From NCBI GenBank assembly GCA_964016885.1, contig OZ024741.1, positions 321,098,001 to 321,162,000 on the forward strand: a stretch of 64,000 nucleotides of DNA. Reading direction: 5' to 3'. This DNA is from Eledone cirrhosa. Lineage: Eukaryota. Shown piece after piece: positions 29,437-46,173 of the stretch (within the stretch, counting starts at the first letter, position 1; each line of letters starts with the position of its first letter). The notes under the pieces are model-generated. The model did no database searches. It worked only from the letters and a program-made list of their open reading frames with translations, and had not been told where the DNA came from. The translations under genes and the position numbers were made by a program.

Positions 29437-29675
29437 ATTAAAGGTGGAAAACTGGGAGAGGGCACTTGCCCTGGTGGTCAGGGCCACTGTGGTCTTTTAA
29501 TGGGCTTTCTCCACAAATGTCCCTTGGAAGTCTCCCCCCTATTGGGGAATTTTTCTTTATTTTATTTCAACCTCTGTTTATTTACACGCAGAAATGCCCA
29601 TTTGTACCGTCCTGTATTGTCCTGTACTGTCCTTAATGTCTACTTTATGTGAACCCTCGTGGTTAATAAAGAAAA

Positions 29676-29738
<63 letters not shown>

Positions 29739-30291
29739 CGTCCACCTTCATCTGCTTTGCGCATCCTTGGGTTGGTCACTGGTTAGTGACGTCATCATTA
29801 TTCTGACCACTGGTAGCAGTCCGCTGACCGTCAGGGCGTGAGCAGTCACTCACCCACTGTCAGGTCTGTAAAATTACTGCTGTTTGTCAGCTCACTCGCA
29901 CACACACAGATACTGACAGATACATATAGAGTAGCTTCTGTGCTTACGTTCACACACAGAAATAGTCACACAAATATACGCATACATGCACACAGAGAGG
30001 CACAGACACGCGCGCATGTATATACGCACGCATATACACAGACACGCACCCGTATATATACATGCACACACACACGTACGCATCCGTACATATACATACA
30101 CATACACGCACAGATATATATATATACATTCATACACTTACGTACACACATATGCACATCTGCACATATATATGTATACATACACACATACACATACATA
30201 TATATGTATATATACACACACCCATCCACACGCCCACACACACTTATACACACATACGTCTACACATATATATATATACATATATATATAT

Positions 30292-30411
30292 ATAGGAGAA
30301 AGTAAGACCCCGACGGCAGAGCTCAAGCCGTTTCGACGGCTATTTCTGGACGTCTAGAAATAGCCGCCGAAACGGCTTGAGCTCTGCCGTCGGGGTCTTA
30401 CTTTCTCCTAT
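30292..30411. repeat. 120-bp loopless palindrome
   Basis: Centre GAC|GTC, with two mismatches. Confidence 0.95.
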
Positions 30412-30487
30412 TACCCACTCTACTACCCTAACTATTGAGTACTCTGGTACGTTATGGTCCATCTGGTTCCTTACCACAACTCCTTCG

Positions 30488-32748
<2,261 letters not shown>

Positions 32749-32879
32749 GCAAAAGTTTTATTTAAAATTGTTGGGTTACAACGAGTAAATATTTTATAAC
32801 TGATATAAAAGCACTCAACAGTTTTTGGAGTAGGTTTACGATATTATACAAATGGAAACTATATTTATAAAACCATATT

Positions 32880-32945
32880 TATTTCGTTATATATATTTCT
32901 GGGATATCATATTAAAAATATGTTATGCCTTCCTCAGACAAAATA
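32880..32945 (-). ncRNA. Hammerhead ribozyme (TATATA family), left arm of the long inverted repeat
   Basis: TATTTTGT-CTGAGGA-stem II-GAAA-TATATA-TA-ACGAAATA. Confidence 0.65.
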
Positions 32946-35183
32946 CAATATATAAGCTATATAATATACAATATATAAATACAATATATAAGCTATATAA
33001 TATACAAAATATAATATACAATATATAAATAATTTTGACATACCTTATAATAATGCAACTTCCATTTAAAAAGTTGATTTGGTAGTGAAACTGTTAGGAC
33101 AGTTATATAGAAAGAAAGACAGACGAAGAAAAACGAAGATGAAAAAAAGAAGAAGATGAAGAGATGTATGTAAATAAAAAAAGAAGAAGAAGATGAAGAG
33201 ATGTATGTAAAGAAAAACAACCGAGCGAGATAGCGAGAGAAGGAGATATGGGAGAGAGAAATACATTGAGGAAGTGAAAAAATATAGTAGGTAGCTTGTG
33301 GACAGATGATCATCGTATATGTGAGAGGTTAAGGAGGGAAGGGATACAGTTAAAATAGCCGACACATAAATCACGTCCAGAGTAGAGGAGAAAAAGAAAG
33401 AAAGATGATATATTTAAAATATATTAAAAATATATTATGTCTCATCCATTTGAATTATCAATTTTTATGAATTAGGTATTATAATGTAAATATCAGTATT
33501 CATGAATGAGACACATATCCATAATGTGTGAAAAAATGACCCCATGCTTAGTTTTAAAATTCTTAGGTCTATAAGCAAAATCCGAGATAAAACTTCAAAC
33601 ATAAGTATATATGCATTCTCATGAAAAAAGAAAAAAGAGAAAAGCGAAGGTTATCTCAAATTCAAGTTGATAATTATAGACACACATGTGAACTTACGTG
33701 ATATGCTCCACAGATTCTTATTTTTCATGAAAATCTTCATTGCGTTACAAAAGATTCCACCCTACATATATGTACATACATATATACATATATATAGACA
33801 TAAAATATACATTAACATTTAAAGTAACATTCCTGCCTCACTTGCATGATTATCGATCAAGCATAGAATAGACAACAGATATCAAACGCCAAGAATATCT
33901 TCGTCACTCCACAGAGTATCTAGGGACGCAAGAGAACATAGTATGCCACGCATATCAGTCACATAAAACCACCCTTCCAATTTATTTGACAAATGTTGTC
34001 AAGTTCATTAGAAGCAATAGAATCAAAAACAAACAAAAACCAAAATTGTTCACCAAACCTTATTTAGCAGAAATCATTCAAAACATATTCTACAAATGCT
34101 CTTATATTTATTATAGAAGTTTATCTAGCTTAAAAATTTATTCAAAAGATTGGGAACATCGCCAATTTTAGGGTAGTTTAATTAATCTCATTAATTATAT
34201 ATTCATGCAGAAAGGTTTTAAAAAAAAATTGAAGGAATCGAAAGATTTATCGCCAAGTTTCATAAATAGTTAAATATCTTAAGTAAATATACTACATTTT
34301 ATACTACATTTTAAATTTATATTTATATTTAAAAGTTGAGTTCAATCTATGTCTGCAGCAGCTGAATAAATTGGTTCGTAAATTAAGGGAATTTTTAGAT
34401 TTTAGTATAAAGAATATCTCCTCCGCGCAGAGGAATCTTTTGTAACGCAATGAAGATTTTCATGAAAAATAAGAATCTGTGGAGCATATCACGTAAGTTC
34501 ACATGTGTGTCTATAATTATCAACTTGAATTTGAGATAACCTTCGCTTTTCTCTTTTTTCTTTTTTCATGAGAATGCATATATACTTATGTTTGAAGTTT
34601 TATCTCGGATTTTGCTTATAGACCTAAGAATTTTTAAACTAAGCATGGGGTCATTTTTTCACACATTATGGATATGTGTCTCATTCATGAATACTGATAT
34701 TTACATTATAATACCTAATTCATAAAAATTGATAATTCAAATGGATGAGACATAATATATTTTTAATATATTTTAAATATATCATCTTTCTTTCTTTTTC
34801 TCCTCTACACTGGACGTGATTTATGTGTCGGCTATTTTAACTGTATCCCTTCCCTCCTTAACCTCTCACATATACGATGATCATCTGTCCACAAGCTACC
34901 TACTATATTTTTTCACTTCCTCAATGTATTTCTCTCTCCCATATCTCCTTCTCTCTCTATCTCGCTCGGTTGTTTTTCTTTACATACATCTCTTCATCTT
35001 CTTCTTCTTTTTTTATTTACATACATCTCTTCATCTTCTTCTTTTTTTCATCTTCGTTTTTCTTCGTCTGTCTTTCTTTCTATATAACTGTCCTAACAGT
35101 TTCACTACCAAATCAACTTTTTAAATGGAAGTTGCATTATTATAAGGTATGTCAAAATTATTTATAAAACAGCTTATATATTG

Positions 35184-35249
35184 TATTTTGTCTGAGGAAG
35201 GCATACCATATTTTTAATATGATATCCCAGAAATATATATAACGAAATA
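35184..35249 (+). ncRNA. Hammerhead ribozyme (TATATA family), right arm
   Basis: Mirror copy. Stem I has GT/AC where the 12.3k and 56.8k copies have AT/AT. Confidence 0.65.
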
Positions 35250-35290
35250 AATATGGTTTTATAAATATAGTTTCCATTTGTTTAATATCG

Positions 35291-35370
<80 letters not shown>

Positions 35371-35439
35371 AAAAAGGGATGAAATCGAAAATGCAACTGA
35401 AGTCTTATTTTTTTAAAAAATATATATATTTATTTGGTT

Positions 35440-35477
35440 CCTTTACCGGTTTCGCAGTTCTTCTGCTTTTCAAAAGG
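35440..35477 (-). ncRNA. Minimal hammerhead, U3-A8 variant
   Basis: CCTT-TTGAAAA-GCAG agaa(a) CTGC-GAAA-CCGG-TA-AAGG, followed by AATAAA. Confidence 0.65.
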
Positions 35478-35515
35478 TGAGTTGAGATGGAGGGTCTGTG
35501 GTTTTTCTCACATCT

Positions 35516-35624
<109 letters not shown>

Positions 35625-35688
35625 GTATATATATACATATATATATACATATATATATATACATATATTTATATATATATATATATGT

Positions 35689-35722
<34 letters not shown>

Positions 35723-35723
35723 C

Positions 35724-35784
<61 letters not shown>

Positions 35785-35992
35785 CAGTCTGGAGTTAAAA
35801 AGCATTCATTTTGTTATTTGAAAGAAAAGAAATCGGCAGACATAATATATACATTGACGAGTGTATAATAACATAGACATCTCCCACGGATATTGATTTG
35901 ATATCGGGGAAAATATTGATCATATTATCTCATTTTAACTCTTTCTCCCGTAATATATATCTATATATATATATATAAATATATACATACAT

Positions 35993-36061
<69 letters not shown>

Positions 36062-36600
36062 CATATATGTAAGCATGCATGTATGTTTTATGTATGCATA
36101 TATATTTATATATCTACCTATATCTTCTTTTATCTTTGTCTCTAAATCTGCATTATTAATCAGCCTCTTTTTTCTTTATCTCGTTTTCTTTCTCAGTCAA
36201 TATATCTTTGGAAACTTAGTTGGATGATATGGAAGCACTTCGATGGTGGCAGTGGTGATGGTAATGGCGTTGGTAGTAGTAGTGGTTGTGGTGGCAGTGG
36301 TGTTGGTAATGGCGTTGGTAGTAGTAGTAGTGATTGTGGTGGCAGTGGCTATGTAGTTTTTACAGGGTGTTAGCTGAGGTACCTCTTGGGCATATCAACG
36401 ACTGACATACAATACACAATAATGTTTATAATAGATAACGTATGTATATTTGTGTGTGTGAGAGAGAGATGGGTTGTTTGTGAGAGCAATATACCTTGCA
36501 GACACCAGTATTTATATTTAGGTGAAGTATATTATACAAACACAAATGTATATGTTTACCATTATGTTCTCATAAGTTTACACGGTCAAACACACATATA

Positions 36601-36700
36601 TAGGGTGTCCCCAAAAAATGTATACTCACTTTGATAACCTGTACAAGCAATATTTATTAAAATTCTGTTGAACTGTGTATACATCTTTTTGGGAACCCTG
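36601..36700. mobile_element. Tc1/mariner-type MITE
   Basis: Terminal inverted repeats TAGGGTGTCCCCAAAAAATGTATAC / GTATACATCTTTTTGGGAACCCTG, flanked by TA. Confidence 0.7.
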
Positions 36701-37000
36701 TATATATGTGTTTGTGTGTGTTAGTTTCGTGGAGTGAACTCAACTTATTCAACTAACAGTTGAATAAGTTGAGTTCACTCAACGAAACTCGTGTTCTAGA
36801 TTTTCTCCATGTTATGTCTTCGTTGTAGTAATGAATTTAATAATATATATAAACTCGTCCCCTGGACTGAATACTCTATACCTTGGATATAGTTGCCAAT
36901 TTTATTACTACTATATATATGTGTGTGTGTGTGTATAATATACACACACATATGTATATATGTGTGTGCGTATTATATATATACCTTATGTCATATGCAT

Positions 37001-37049
<49 letters not shown>

Positions 37050-37052
<3 letters not shown>

Positions 37053-38306
37053 TTTACGTATCGAGAAAGAGGAAAAAAGGGGGGGATAGGTGATGCATAT
37101 AGTTATTTGCCAACCATAGGTATAGAAAAATTCTTAATAGGAACAATATAAAAATATCCTTCTCTACTACTCCTAACCTAGCAGAAATCATAGGAACAAC
37201 GAACCACAGTAAGATCACCAAGACACAGCACTCGACACAGACGCACCTACACCTGACAATAACTATATCGGCCTTAACAACTCCCTGGCAGCATCCAATA
37301 GGGTTGGCAACGGCATCCGCAGACGCAAACAGAATAACCGCGAAATGACTGGGGAACATGCAGAACATGACGTGCGGAATAACAATCGCACCACCCCGCG
37401 TGCTGTGGGTTGTAACTGTGCTAACGACAGCTGCGGTAGCGTAGGTAACAACGTAGGCAGCAACAATGATAGCCTTACCGTGGGAAATAGACGGAACCGC
37501 GACAGAAATTGCAACTGCCGCGACAGAGGACGCTGCCCCCTTAGAGGATACTGCTTGACTGATAGGGTTATATATAGATGCACTATTACTAGCCACAATA
37601 GCGTTAAACATTATATAGGGGTCACCTCCGGCCCGTTCAAAATTAGGTTTCGAACACATCTCCACTCTTTCACAAATAGAAAACTAAGGCACTCCACTTC
37701 GCTCGCGGACTACATCACATCACTAAAGGACTTAAACATCAGCTTCTCCACGCAGGGCTGCACCGTACAACTTCAAGAGGAAATGCGATCTTTGCCTCAT
37801 GGAGCTCTACCACATCATAACTGCACCCCACGAGCTCATCAACAGCAGAGCTGAAACAGCGATAAGTTGTACACATCGCTTAAAAATATCCTTCTTCAGA
37901 TGGGTTAAGGATGAAGAGTGAAACAGTACACTGGATCTCCCTGCAACAAGTCTTAACACCCCGGTGGGCAGACGCTGCAAAATAACACCCAGGAAACAAT
38001 CCTTGCATACCAGACCCAGCCTCAGACAAACGGATGCGGCAAAAAAAAAAAAAAAATTGTCCAGGAAAGACTGCCCTAACACCGGCCAGAGTTACCTCCC
38101 TTGACCTGCTGCAAAATCAAAACAAGATATTTTTGCGAGCAATGAACCTTGATGTGGATTTAACCCCAAAAACTCTTTCCGAGCAATATAAGGAAAACTT
38201 GTGATTATTTATGCCCTTGAGAAGCCCAACTGGGCGAAACGTACGTAGGTGCTGTTTTAAATAAACATGTTTTAACGGTCTATTCTCCGATTTTTTACTT
38301 TCCCAC

Positions 38307-38307
<1 letters not shown>
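37050..38307 (+). mobile_element. 5'-truncated Penelope-like element (GIY-YIG) with a 3' hammerhead
   Basis: ILNRNNIKISFSTTPN; CNCRDRGRCPLRGYCLTDRVIYRC...HYIGVTSGPFKIRFRTHLHSF; CDLCLME...CTHR. Flanked by (TA)n. Confidence 0.85.
38213..38252 (+). ncRNA. Minimal hammerhead at the Penelope 3' end, U3-A8 variant
   Basis: GCCC-TTGAGAA-GCCCA ac TGGGC-GAAA-CGTACG-TA-GGTGC, followed by AATAAA. Confidence 0.7.
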
Positions 38308-38392
<85 letters not shown>

Positions 38393-38553
38393 ATATGCGG
38401 AATGACAACCTTGTTTTACGACCGAATACATAAAACCCATATATAAACATAATTACACACACATGAGAATCCGTTCGTACACTTTCCGTCGCACACATGT
38501 AAGTCATGCACATACACATACACATACACATACACATACACTCGCACATACAA

Positions 38554-38658
<105 letters not shown>

Positions 38659-40328
38659 TACACACACTTGCATACGTATCTACATACAGAGTAATAATTG
38701 GTGTTTATGATATACGTGACTTCAAGCACAAAATGAACCTTATAATGTTGTCTGTTATTCACAGATAAAAATAAGAATAGTAAGAGGAAAAATAAGAATA
38801 AAATAGAACAAGTTTATCTTTCAGACAGTCATACTAAGTTTTGTTCAGGCCACCTATAAATGGCTGCACCAATGATTAGTTATTACAGCCAAATTTGTAT
38901 TAAACTAGATACTCCAGGGACACACAATTTAAAAAAATAATTCAAAAGAACAGCATCCGTTTAATACAAAACATATATTTTTTTCTATTAACATTTTTCA
39001 GCTGTTTTATGTACGTGTTGATATTGATTTCAATAGACTACTTAGTTTCTTAGATTCTCAGCCATGATGGAGATAATGGTGGGATTTAATAAATTTATTT
39101 ATTTTTGTTTTATATCGCCTTTATGCTTATATTTTTCCTTTTTTTATGTATTCACTTAACTTTTTGTACACTTTGTTATTTATTAAGTATTTATTGTTTT
39201 GGTGGTGAGTGTCTGCAATACTATATTATATCACTATATTATATAACAAAATATGAATCAGCATTCAGCATTTAAAATCACGATTCAAATGAATACATCG
39301 TACGTGCGATTATGTGTGCGTGTAGATATGTACCATATGTGTCTGTATGCATGTATGTATGCGCGTTAATTCTGTAAATTCTTTCTTGTTCTTTAGTCCC
39401 TTCTGCTCACTATGGAGTATTGAATGACTAGAGGTTTCCATTCCACGTCGTTGCAAGCCTTGTTCGAAATTCAAGTTCATGTTTGCCAAGATCGCAAACA
39501 GATTTTGACGGATCTGCCTTTTTTCCTATACCTTTCTTCTGGCTTCCATTCGATAGAAACCTTCACTAGTCTTCTACATCATACTGTGACGGTATTCCGC
39601 ATATTACTCAGCTAGACCCTTTCCATAACCTTTTCATTTGTGATGTCATCACGTTACAAAATTCTGAGTACGGTCCAAATGCAACTTCTATAGAAAACAA
39701 CTGCAGTTCTGTAGATACTATGGGTCTTCAAGGCTATGTCACCGTATTTCACCCTATAGCATAACAATTGACATTTACAAGTGAAGCGTTTTGCCTTGGC
39801 TAATAGAGGATTTGTACTATACAGACGCTGAGAGACAACTGCAGCTTTACCTTGCCTCTTTTCCACAGCGGCTTTTGAGTTGTCATCTTTAGAATTATAG
39901 AATCACTTGAGAATATATTTTGACTTACGTCGTGGTATACGTTTACGCCTAGGTAGAATATATCTCCTATAGATTTCGTTACAGTTTTGCTACACATTGT
40001 TTTTTAGAGCCTGTCATGGAACATTATTTTACTAGGATAGATTGGTGAGGTCATTGTTTTTGAACTATCAAAACTACCTACATTCTAAAATTAAGTTCTT
40101 TTCTTCGAATCCAGAAAATACTTTAATCTTTTTCAGTTGATAACCTTTCACTAAGCTCAGCTAAAGCCCAAATTAGAGTATTGTTACTATATCTAAAACA
40201 ATAATGCTACTGTACCCACAAACAACCAGGAACATATCCAAAGAATGAGGTTATTTCACTGATTGTCAAATAATAATGAACACCTCTTCAATCACTGGCT
40301 AACAGAATGATGTATGCTGTAACTATAA

Positions 40329-41360
40329 CTAATGTATGTATTTATATATGTGTGATGGCTGCATCTCGATTTCAAGAATTGAAACCACTTGGCCCCCACA
40401 TCGCACAGCAACCACTAGCCCCTCATTGCACACATGGGTGGCACGGACATGACTATTTAACCCTTCCAATGATTTACATTCCTTTCTGCATATGCTGCAG
40501 TGATGAACATTACTTTTGCTTTGGTTCCCTGTTTTGTTTTGGTTGTTTTTCAAATAACATTGTGATACACCAGCCAAGGCACGTTTTTTTTTCACACTTC
40601 CGGCTGGAATAAATGCCAAAGAGACCATATTGGCAACATTTTGTAGATGGCTTCTATAATGACTTCTAAGAACAACCCTACTGAGACAAATCCAACCGCA
40701 TTCATTGCACATAAAGTTAGTTTGAGTATCTGAAAGTCCAGATGAAATAATATCTTGTAAACCCTTACGCAGACCCCTCCTTAATTTGTCATGCTCCACA
40801 CGAGATGTTTTAAATTAAACAATATTTCCCTACTAGATGATCGATCTAAAGCAATATCTTCCTAGTTATCTTCTCTGATGTTTGACTTTATCAAAGCTCT
40901 TTTGATGCAGTGTTTATACCTGACTTTTGGTTTATGCCTTGGCCATTTGCCTTTGACTAACTCCCCATACAATAACTGATTAGGAATACTATGATCTGGC
41001 CGCTCCAGTGCAATTTATATTGAATGATAAGATATTCAATTCTTTCAAAATGAGTTCGTTCCAACATCTCAACATCCTTCATATGATTGCCAATGGATAC
41101 AGAGTATTCGACGAAGATACTGTTGATATAATTGTCCAAGCATTTTTGTATTTAGCTGATATGTGACCCAAGTTTCATATGCATACACATGGTCCGTACA
41201 TCTTTAAATTTTTCTCAGTGGAAATCCCACGTCGACACCAGAGACGCCCATCTAATTTACAAAAAGAATTACTTGACTTCTTTAGTCGTAAAGAAATGAC
41301 TCATAGCTATGATAAAGTCAAGTAAACGTATTTAAGACTATTCAACATAATTCGTAATAT
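40329..41360 (-). mobile_element. Degenerate RTE-clade LINE 3' part with two C2H2 fingers
   Basis: YETWVT..., YLRRILCIHWQ, LHWSGQI; fingers CNECGWICLSRVVLRSHYRSH and CSICRKECKSLEGLNSHVRATH. Confidence 0.65.
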
Positions 41361-41364
41361 AATC

Positions 41365-42208
41365 GGCTTGTCTCCCCACAGCCCCAGCAAACAGAATGGA
41401 GAAGACGTTTCCCCGGAGGACGGCATGGGAGACGCGCTGGAAAAGCCACTCCAACTCGCAGGGCTCACACCTGCGGCTGGTCAGCTCAGCGCCTATGCTG
41501 GTGAGTAGGGAGGTAGCCACTGCCAAGGGTACAACCGCAAACCTGTCGGAGAGTGACCGGTATTTGAGGAGTTTGGCCTCCTCAGCCCGTCGTGCAGCAG
41601 AACCTGGGTCAGTCGCAGACTGCACCAGGTTGCGGCTGCAGAAAATGTCTGTGCAAGTGGCATCCCAGACGAGGGGTTTGCCACCGCGGAACGGGAAGAT
41701 GGTCATGCCATCTGGCCTTTTTCCGTCCCCTCGGTCCAGCCCCACCGGGTCGAGCTAGGAAGGGAAGCTTGCAGCGTCCAAGCCATGCTTTATGACCTCG
41801 TTGAGGGCAGCATGGTGTGGTAGGCGGTCGGCACTGTGACGACAGGAAAGTGGATGGAGGCCGAAAGAGTCCACGGTGGATCCACAGTGACATTGATGTA
41901 GCTCGCAGATCCGGAGGCCGAGCCTCAATGAAACGTCAATTCGCAGGCTATTGTTGTCTAGCTGCGTGTCAGTGGAGAAGGAGGGCAGGGCATGGAGCCA
42001 GGCACCACTGTGAGGTTTGGAGGCCGCACGAAAACAGGCAAGTCGGTGCTGGTCGAGCTGGCGCGTGAGCCTGTCTGAAGCCAGGCTACACTGGATGACA
42101 TCCCAAGTGCTTTGGGGGGACTTGACGTCAGCAGGGGGAGAAGGAGGAGGGACGTCTACTGGGCTAAGTTCCAGCCGGTCCCACATCTCACAGGCGGCCT
42201 CGCGGTAA
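41365..42208 (-). mobile_element. 3' fragment of a CRE-clade non-LTR element with a restriction-like endonuclease
   Basis: HSGAWLHALP, LRLGL, CHCG...HPLSC, HAALN, DGKRPDGMTIFPFRGGKPLVWDATC, WLFQRVSHAVLRGN. Confidence 0.85.
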
Positions 42209-42560
42209 CCTTATGCCACGTACTCGTCAGCAGAGTTCTCCAAAACACACTAGAACCCTCTGTGTTCGTCGTAAAGATATTTAACCATCAAGGGTGTTTA
42301 TGTTGTTAACAGTGCTGCCTAAATACACAACTTTCAACGTTTTGCCATACACTTAAATGTTAGGCTCAGTGAAATCCTTGCTCAGAGCAGGTTGATACAT
42401 GACAACTGTCTTGGCCAGATGATTGTCAGAACCAATGCCTGTGTTTAATTATATACATATATACACACATATATATATGTGTGTATGTGTGTGTGCGTAT
42501 GTGTGTGTGTGTATGTGTGCGTGTCAGTATGAGGCGACTGTAGTGCGCAGGGTGTAAATA

Positions 42561-42870
42561 GATTAAGTAGGATCGAAGTCAGTTTTGCAGCATATGTACA
42601 AACTTTATTGGCAGATTACAATTGTCTCGACATCGATCAGCTGAGAGTACAATCAAAATGACGGGGCCCGATTCTTTTTCGACATCTCTTCACATATCCG
42701 AGTTTATATGTGCAAAGACACAACTAAATTTGCATATCTGAGAAGATGTCGAAAAAGAGTCTAACCCCGTCATTGTGATTGTATCTTGAGCTAATGGATA
42801 TCGAAACAATTGTAATATGTCAATAAAGCATGTACATATGCTGCAAAACTGACTTCGATTCTGCTTAATC
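42561..42870. repeat. Imperfect ~310-bp inverted repeat
   Basis: GATTAAGTAGGATCGAAGTCAGTTTTGCAGCATATGTACA ... TGTACATATGCTGCAAAACTGACTTCGATTCTGCTTAATC. Confidence 0.9.
42732..42820 (+). ncRNA. Degenerate hammerhead with a long stem II insert
   Basis: GCATAT-CTGAGAA-GATGTC...GATATC-GAAA-CAATTG-TA-ATATGT, then AATAAA. The mirror arm reads GTGAAGA, suggesting an ancestral CTGAAGA. Confidence 0.55.
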
Positions 42871-42879
42871 GGTCTCTCG

Positions 42880-42953
<74 letters not shown>

Positions 42954-43091
42954 ATACTTTGGGAGGGTCATGTTGCCAATAAGAAACACACGCACCAGTT
43001 GCTTTCACTTCAATTTAATTTATTAAATATTTATAAATTTACAAATTTATAAATTTCTGGTTGGTTGGTTGGTTCCACAACCAGATAGTTG

Positions 43092-43149
<58 letters not shown>

Positions 43150-43261
43150 ATAGTAGTTCTTTCGTGTGTTTCTTATTGGCAACATGACCCTCCCAAAGTA
43201 TAACAATATCGGTTTCAACACACGATTTCAGATAAAGAATCTTGCTAAACAAATTCAGAAA

Positions 43262-43345
<84 letters not shown>

Positions 43346-43635
43346 ATACTTGGGGAGGGTCATATTGTTGTGATAATATTGCCAGAAATAATAAACAAAA
43401 CACACTCACTGTTTGGTTGGTTTTCGGTTCTGTATCTTTTATATCTCCACAGTTAATTCATTTGGTCATCAATGTTTATCATTGACTGACCAACGGTCAA
43501 AAATACAGATATAATATAGATATAAACACATATATATAGTCTAACAAAGTTCTTTCGTTGCACATCTGCAACATCATCAGTGGTACCATTGTGTTCCTCA
43601 TGTTGTATTGTATGTCTACGCCATTTTTCTATATA

Positions 43636-43721
43636 TAGAAGTAGTAACACAACAGTTAGTTCACCATACCGAGAACAATTGTTCTCGGTATGGTGAACTA
43701 ACTGTTGTGTTACTACTTCTA
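43636..43721. repeat. 86-bp perfect loopless palindrome
   Basis: Centre GAGAACAA|TTGTTCTC. Confidence 0.95.
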
Positions 43722-43779
43722 CCAAACTCGTCCCATGGACTGAGTGCCTCTACCACTACGGATATTACCTTCCATTGTT

Positions 43780-43817
<38 letters not shown>

Positions 43818-43995
43818 ATGCTTGGGGAGGGTCATATTGTGATAATATTGCCAGAAATTATAACAGAACACACTCACTGTTTGGCTGGGGTTGGTTTTCG
43901 CTTCTGTAGCTTTTATATCTCCATAGTTAATTTATTTGTCAATCAATGTTTATCATTGATTGACCAAAGGTTAAAAATACAGATATAAATATATA

Positions 43996-44047
43996 TAGTC
44001 TATCAAAGTTCTTTCCTCACACATCTGCGACATCATCAGTGATACTA
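43996..44047 (-). ncRNA. Hammerhead-like motif (GAAC family); also at 43537-43588 (minus) and 10084-10135 (plus)
   Basis: TAGTATCA-CTGATGA-T-hairpin-GAAA-GAAC-TT-TGAT(AG)ACTA. Stem II is perfect in the 43.5k copy (GTTGCA gatg TGCAAC). Confidence 0.45.
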
Positions 44048-44082
44048 TTATGTTTCCTCCCGTTGTATTGTAAAATCTCTCC

Positions 44083-45493
<1,411 letters not shown>

Positions 45494-45649
45494 ACTGCTC
45501 TGTAGAACAACTGATGTTATTACATTGAGCTATTTATCTTACTGGTAATAAGGTAGTAATAAATTACTCTTTCACTGATTAGGGTTTAAAATATATATAA
45601 CTTTTAAAAGTTTTAGTATATACATAACCATAAATAGTATCCTTAATAC

Positions 45650-45733
<84 letters not shown>

Positions 45734-45815
45734 TTTATCTCGGGTTCAATCGGGGGTAAACACAGTAAGTAAGGTACTCAAAGCAAAGGACAGTATCAAT
45801 ATTTAATATAGAAAG

Positions 45816-45864
45816 GCTTCTACAGGACTAGTACTGTTTCATTTGGGAGAAATCATCAGGAAGC
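45816..45864 (-). ncRNA. Hammerhead ribozyme with extended stem III
   Basis: GCTTC-CTGATGA-TTTCTCCCAAAT-GAAA-CAG tactagtc CTG-TA-GAAGC. Stem II is weak. Confidence 0.65.
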
Positions 45865-45979
45865 TTGATCATTTCTCCAGAATGAAACAGTTCTAGTCCT
45901 GTAGAAGCCTTTCGCCTGTAGGAATTCAGCTGAACGACTTCTGTTGAAATACTGGAAACTGACGTGTAATTCACCAGTA

Positions 45980-46173
45980 CAGACCTGCCAATCTCTAAAA
46001 ACCCAAACGGGGAGTACCATGAATACAATGTTCCAAAACGGAGTGGAATGAGGCAAAATGGGGAGATTTTACATAATGAAAGCTATACCCATGTTCACAA
46101 AAGAAGACATCTCTCACCCACCCCAAAGTGAATGGAATATCTCCCCGTCAGACAGAGAGAGTTGACAGGTCTG
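45980..46173. mobile_element. 194-bp MITE with a 6-bp target-site duplication (TSD)
   Basis: Ends CAGACCTGCCAA / TTGACAGGTCTG, with CCAGTA on both sides. Confidence 0.8.

Larger units (their letters stand above)
23789..29676 (+). mobile_element. Near full-length Tx1/L1-clade non-LTR retrotransposon (copy B)
   Basis: 5' UTR, ORF1, ORF2 and a 3' UTR with AATAAA. Bounded by (ATT)n at 23747-23788 and 29677-29738. Confidence 0.93.
32837..35292. repeat. Long inverted repeat: arms 32837-33758 and 34432-35292
   Basis: Arms are near-identical reverse complements; identical mirror ORFs appear in the ORF track. (TA)n on both sides. Confidence 0.95.

Noticed and set aside
33066-35167. Duplicated hydrophobic ORFs on opposite strands
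   Set aside because: A by-product of the inverted repeat in low-complexity CT-rich sequence.
36755-36800. TTGAATAA-GTTGAG ttca CTCAAC-GAAA-CTCG-TG as a hammerhead
   Set aside because: Extra core nucleotide, G at the cleavage position and no stem I. At best a relic.
40329-40799. Host C2H2 zinc-finger gene
   Set aside because: Contiguous with degenerate RTE reverse-transcriptase sequence, so it is more simply the C-terminus of a LINE ORF.
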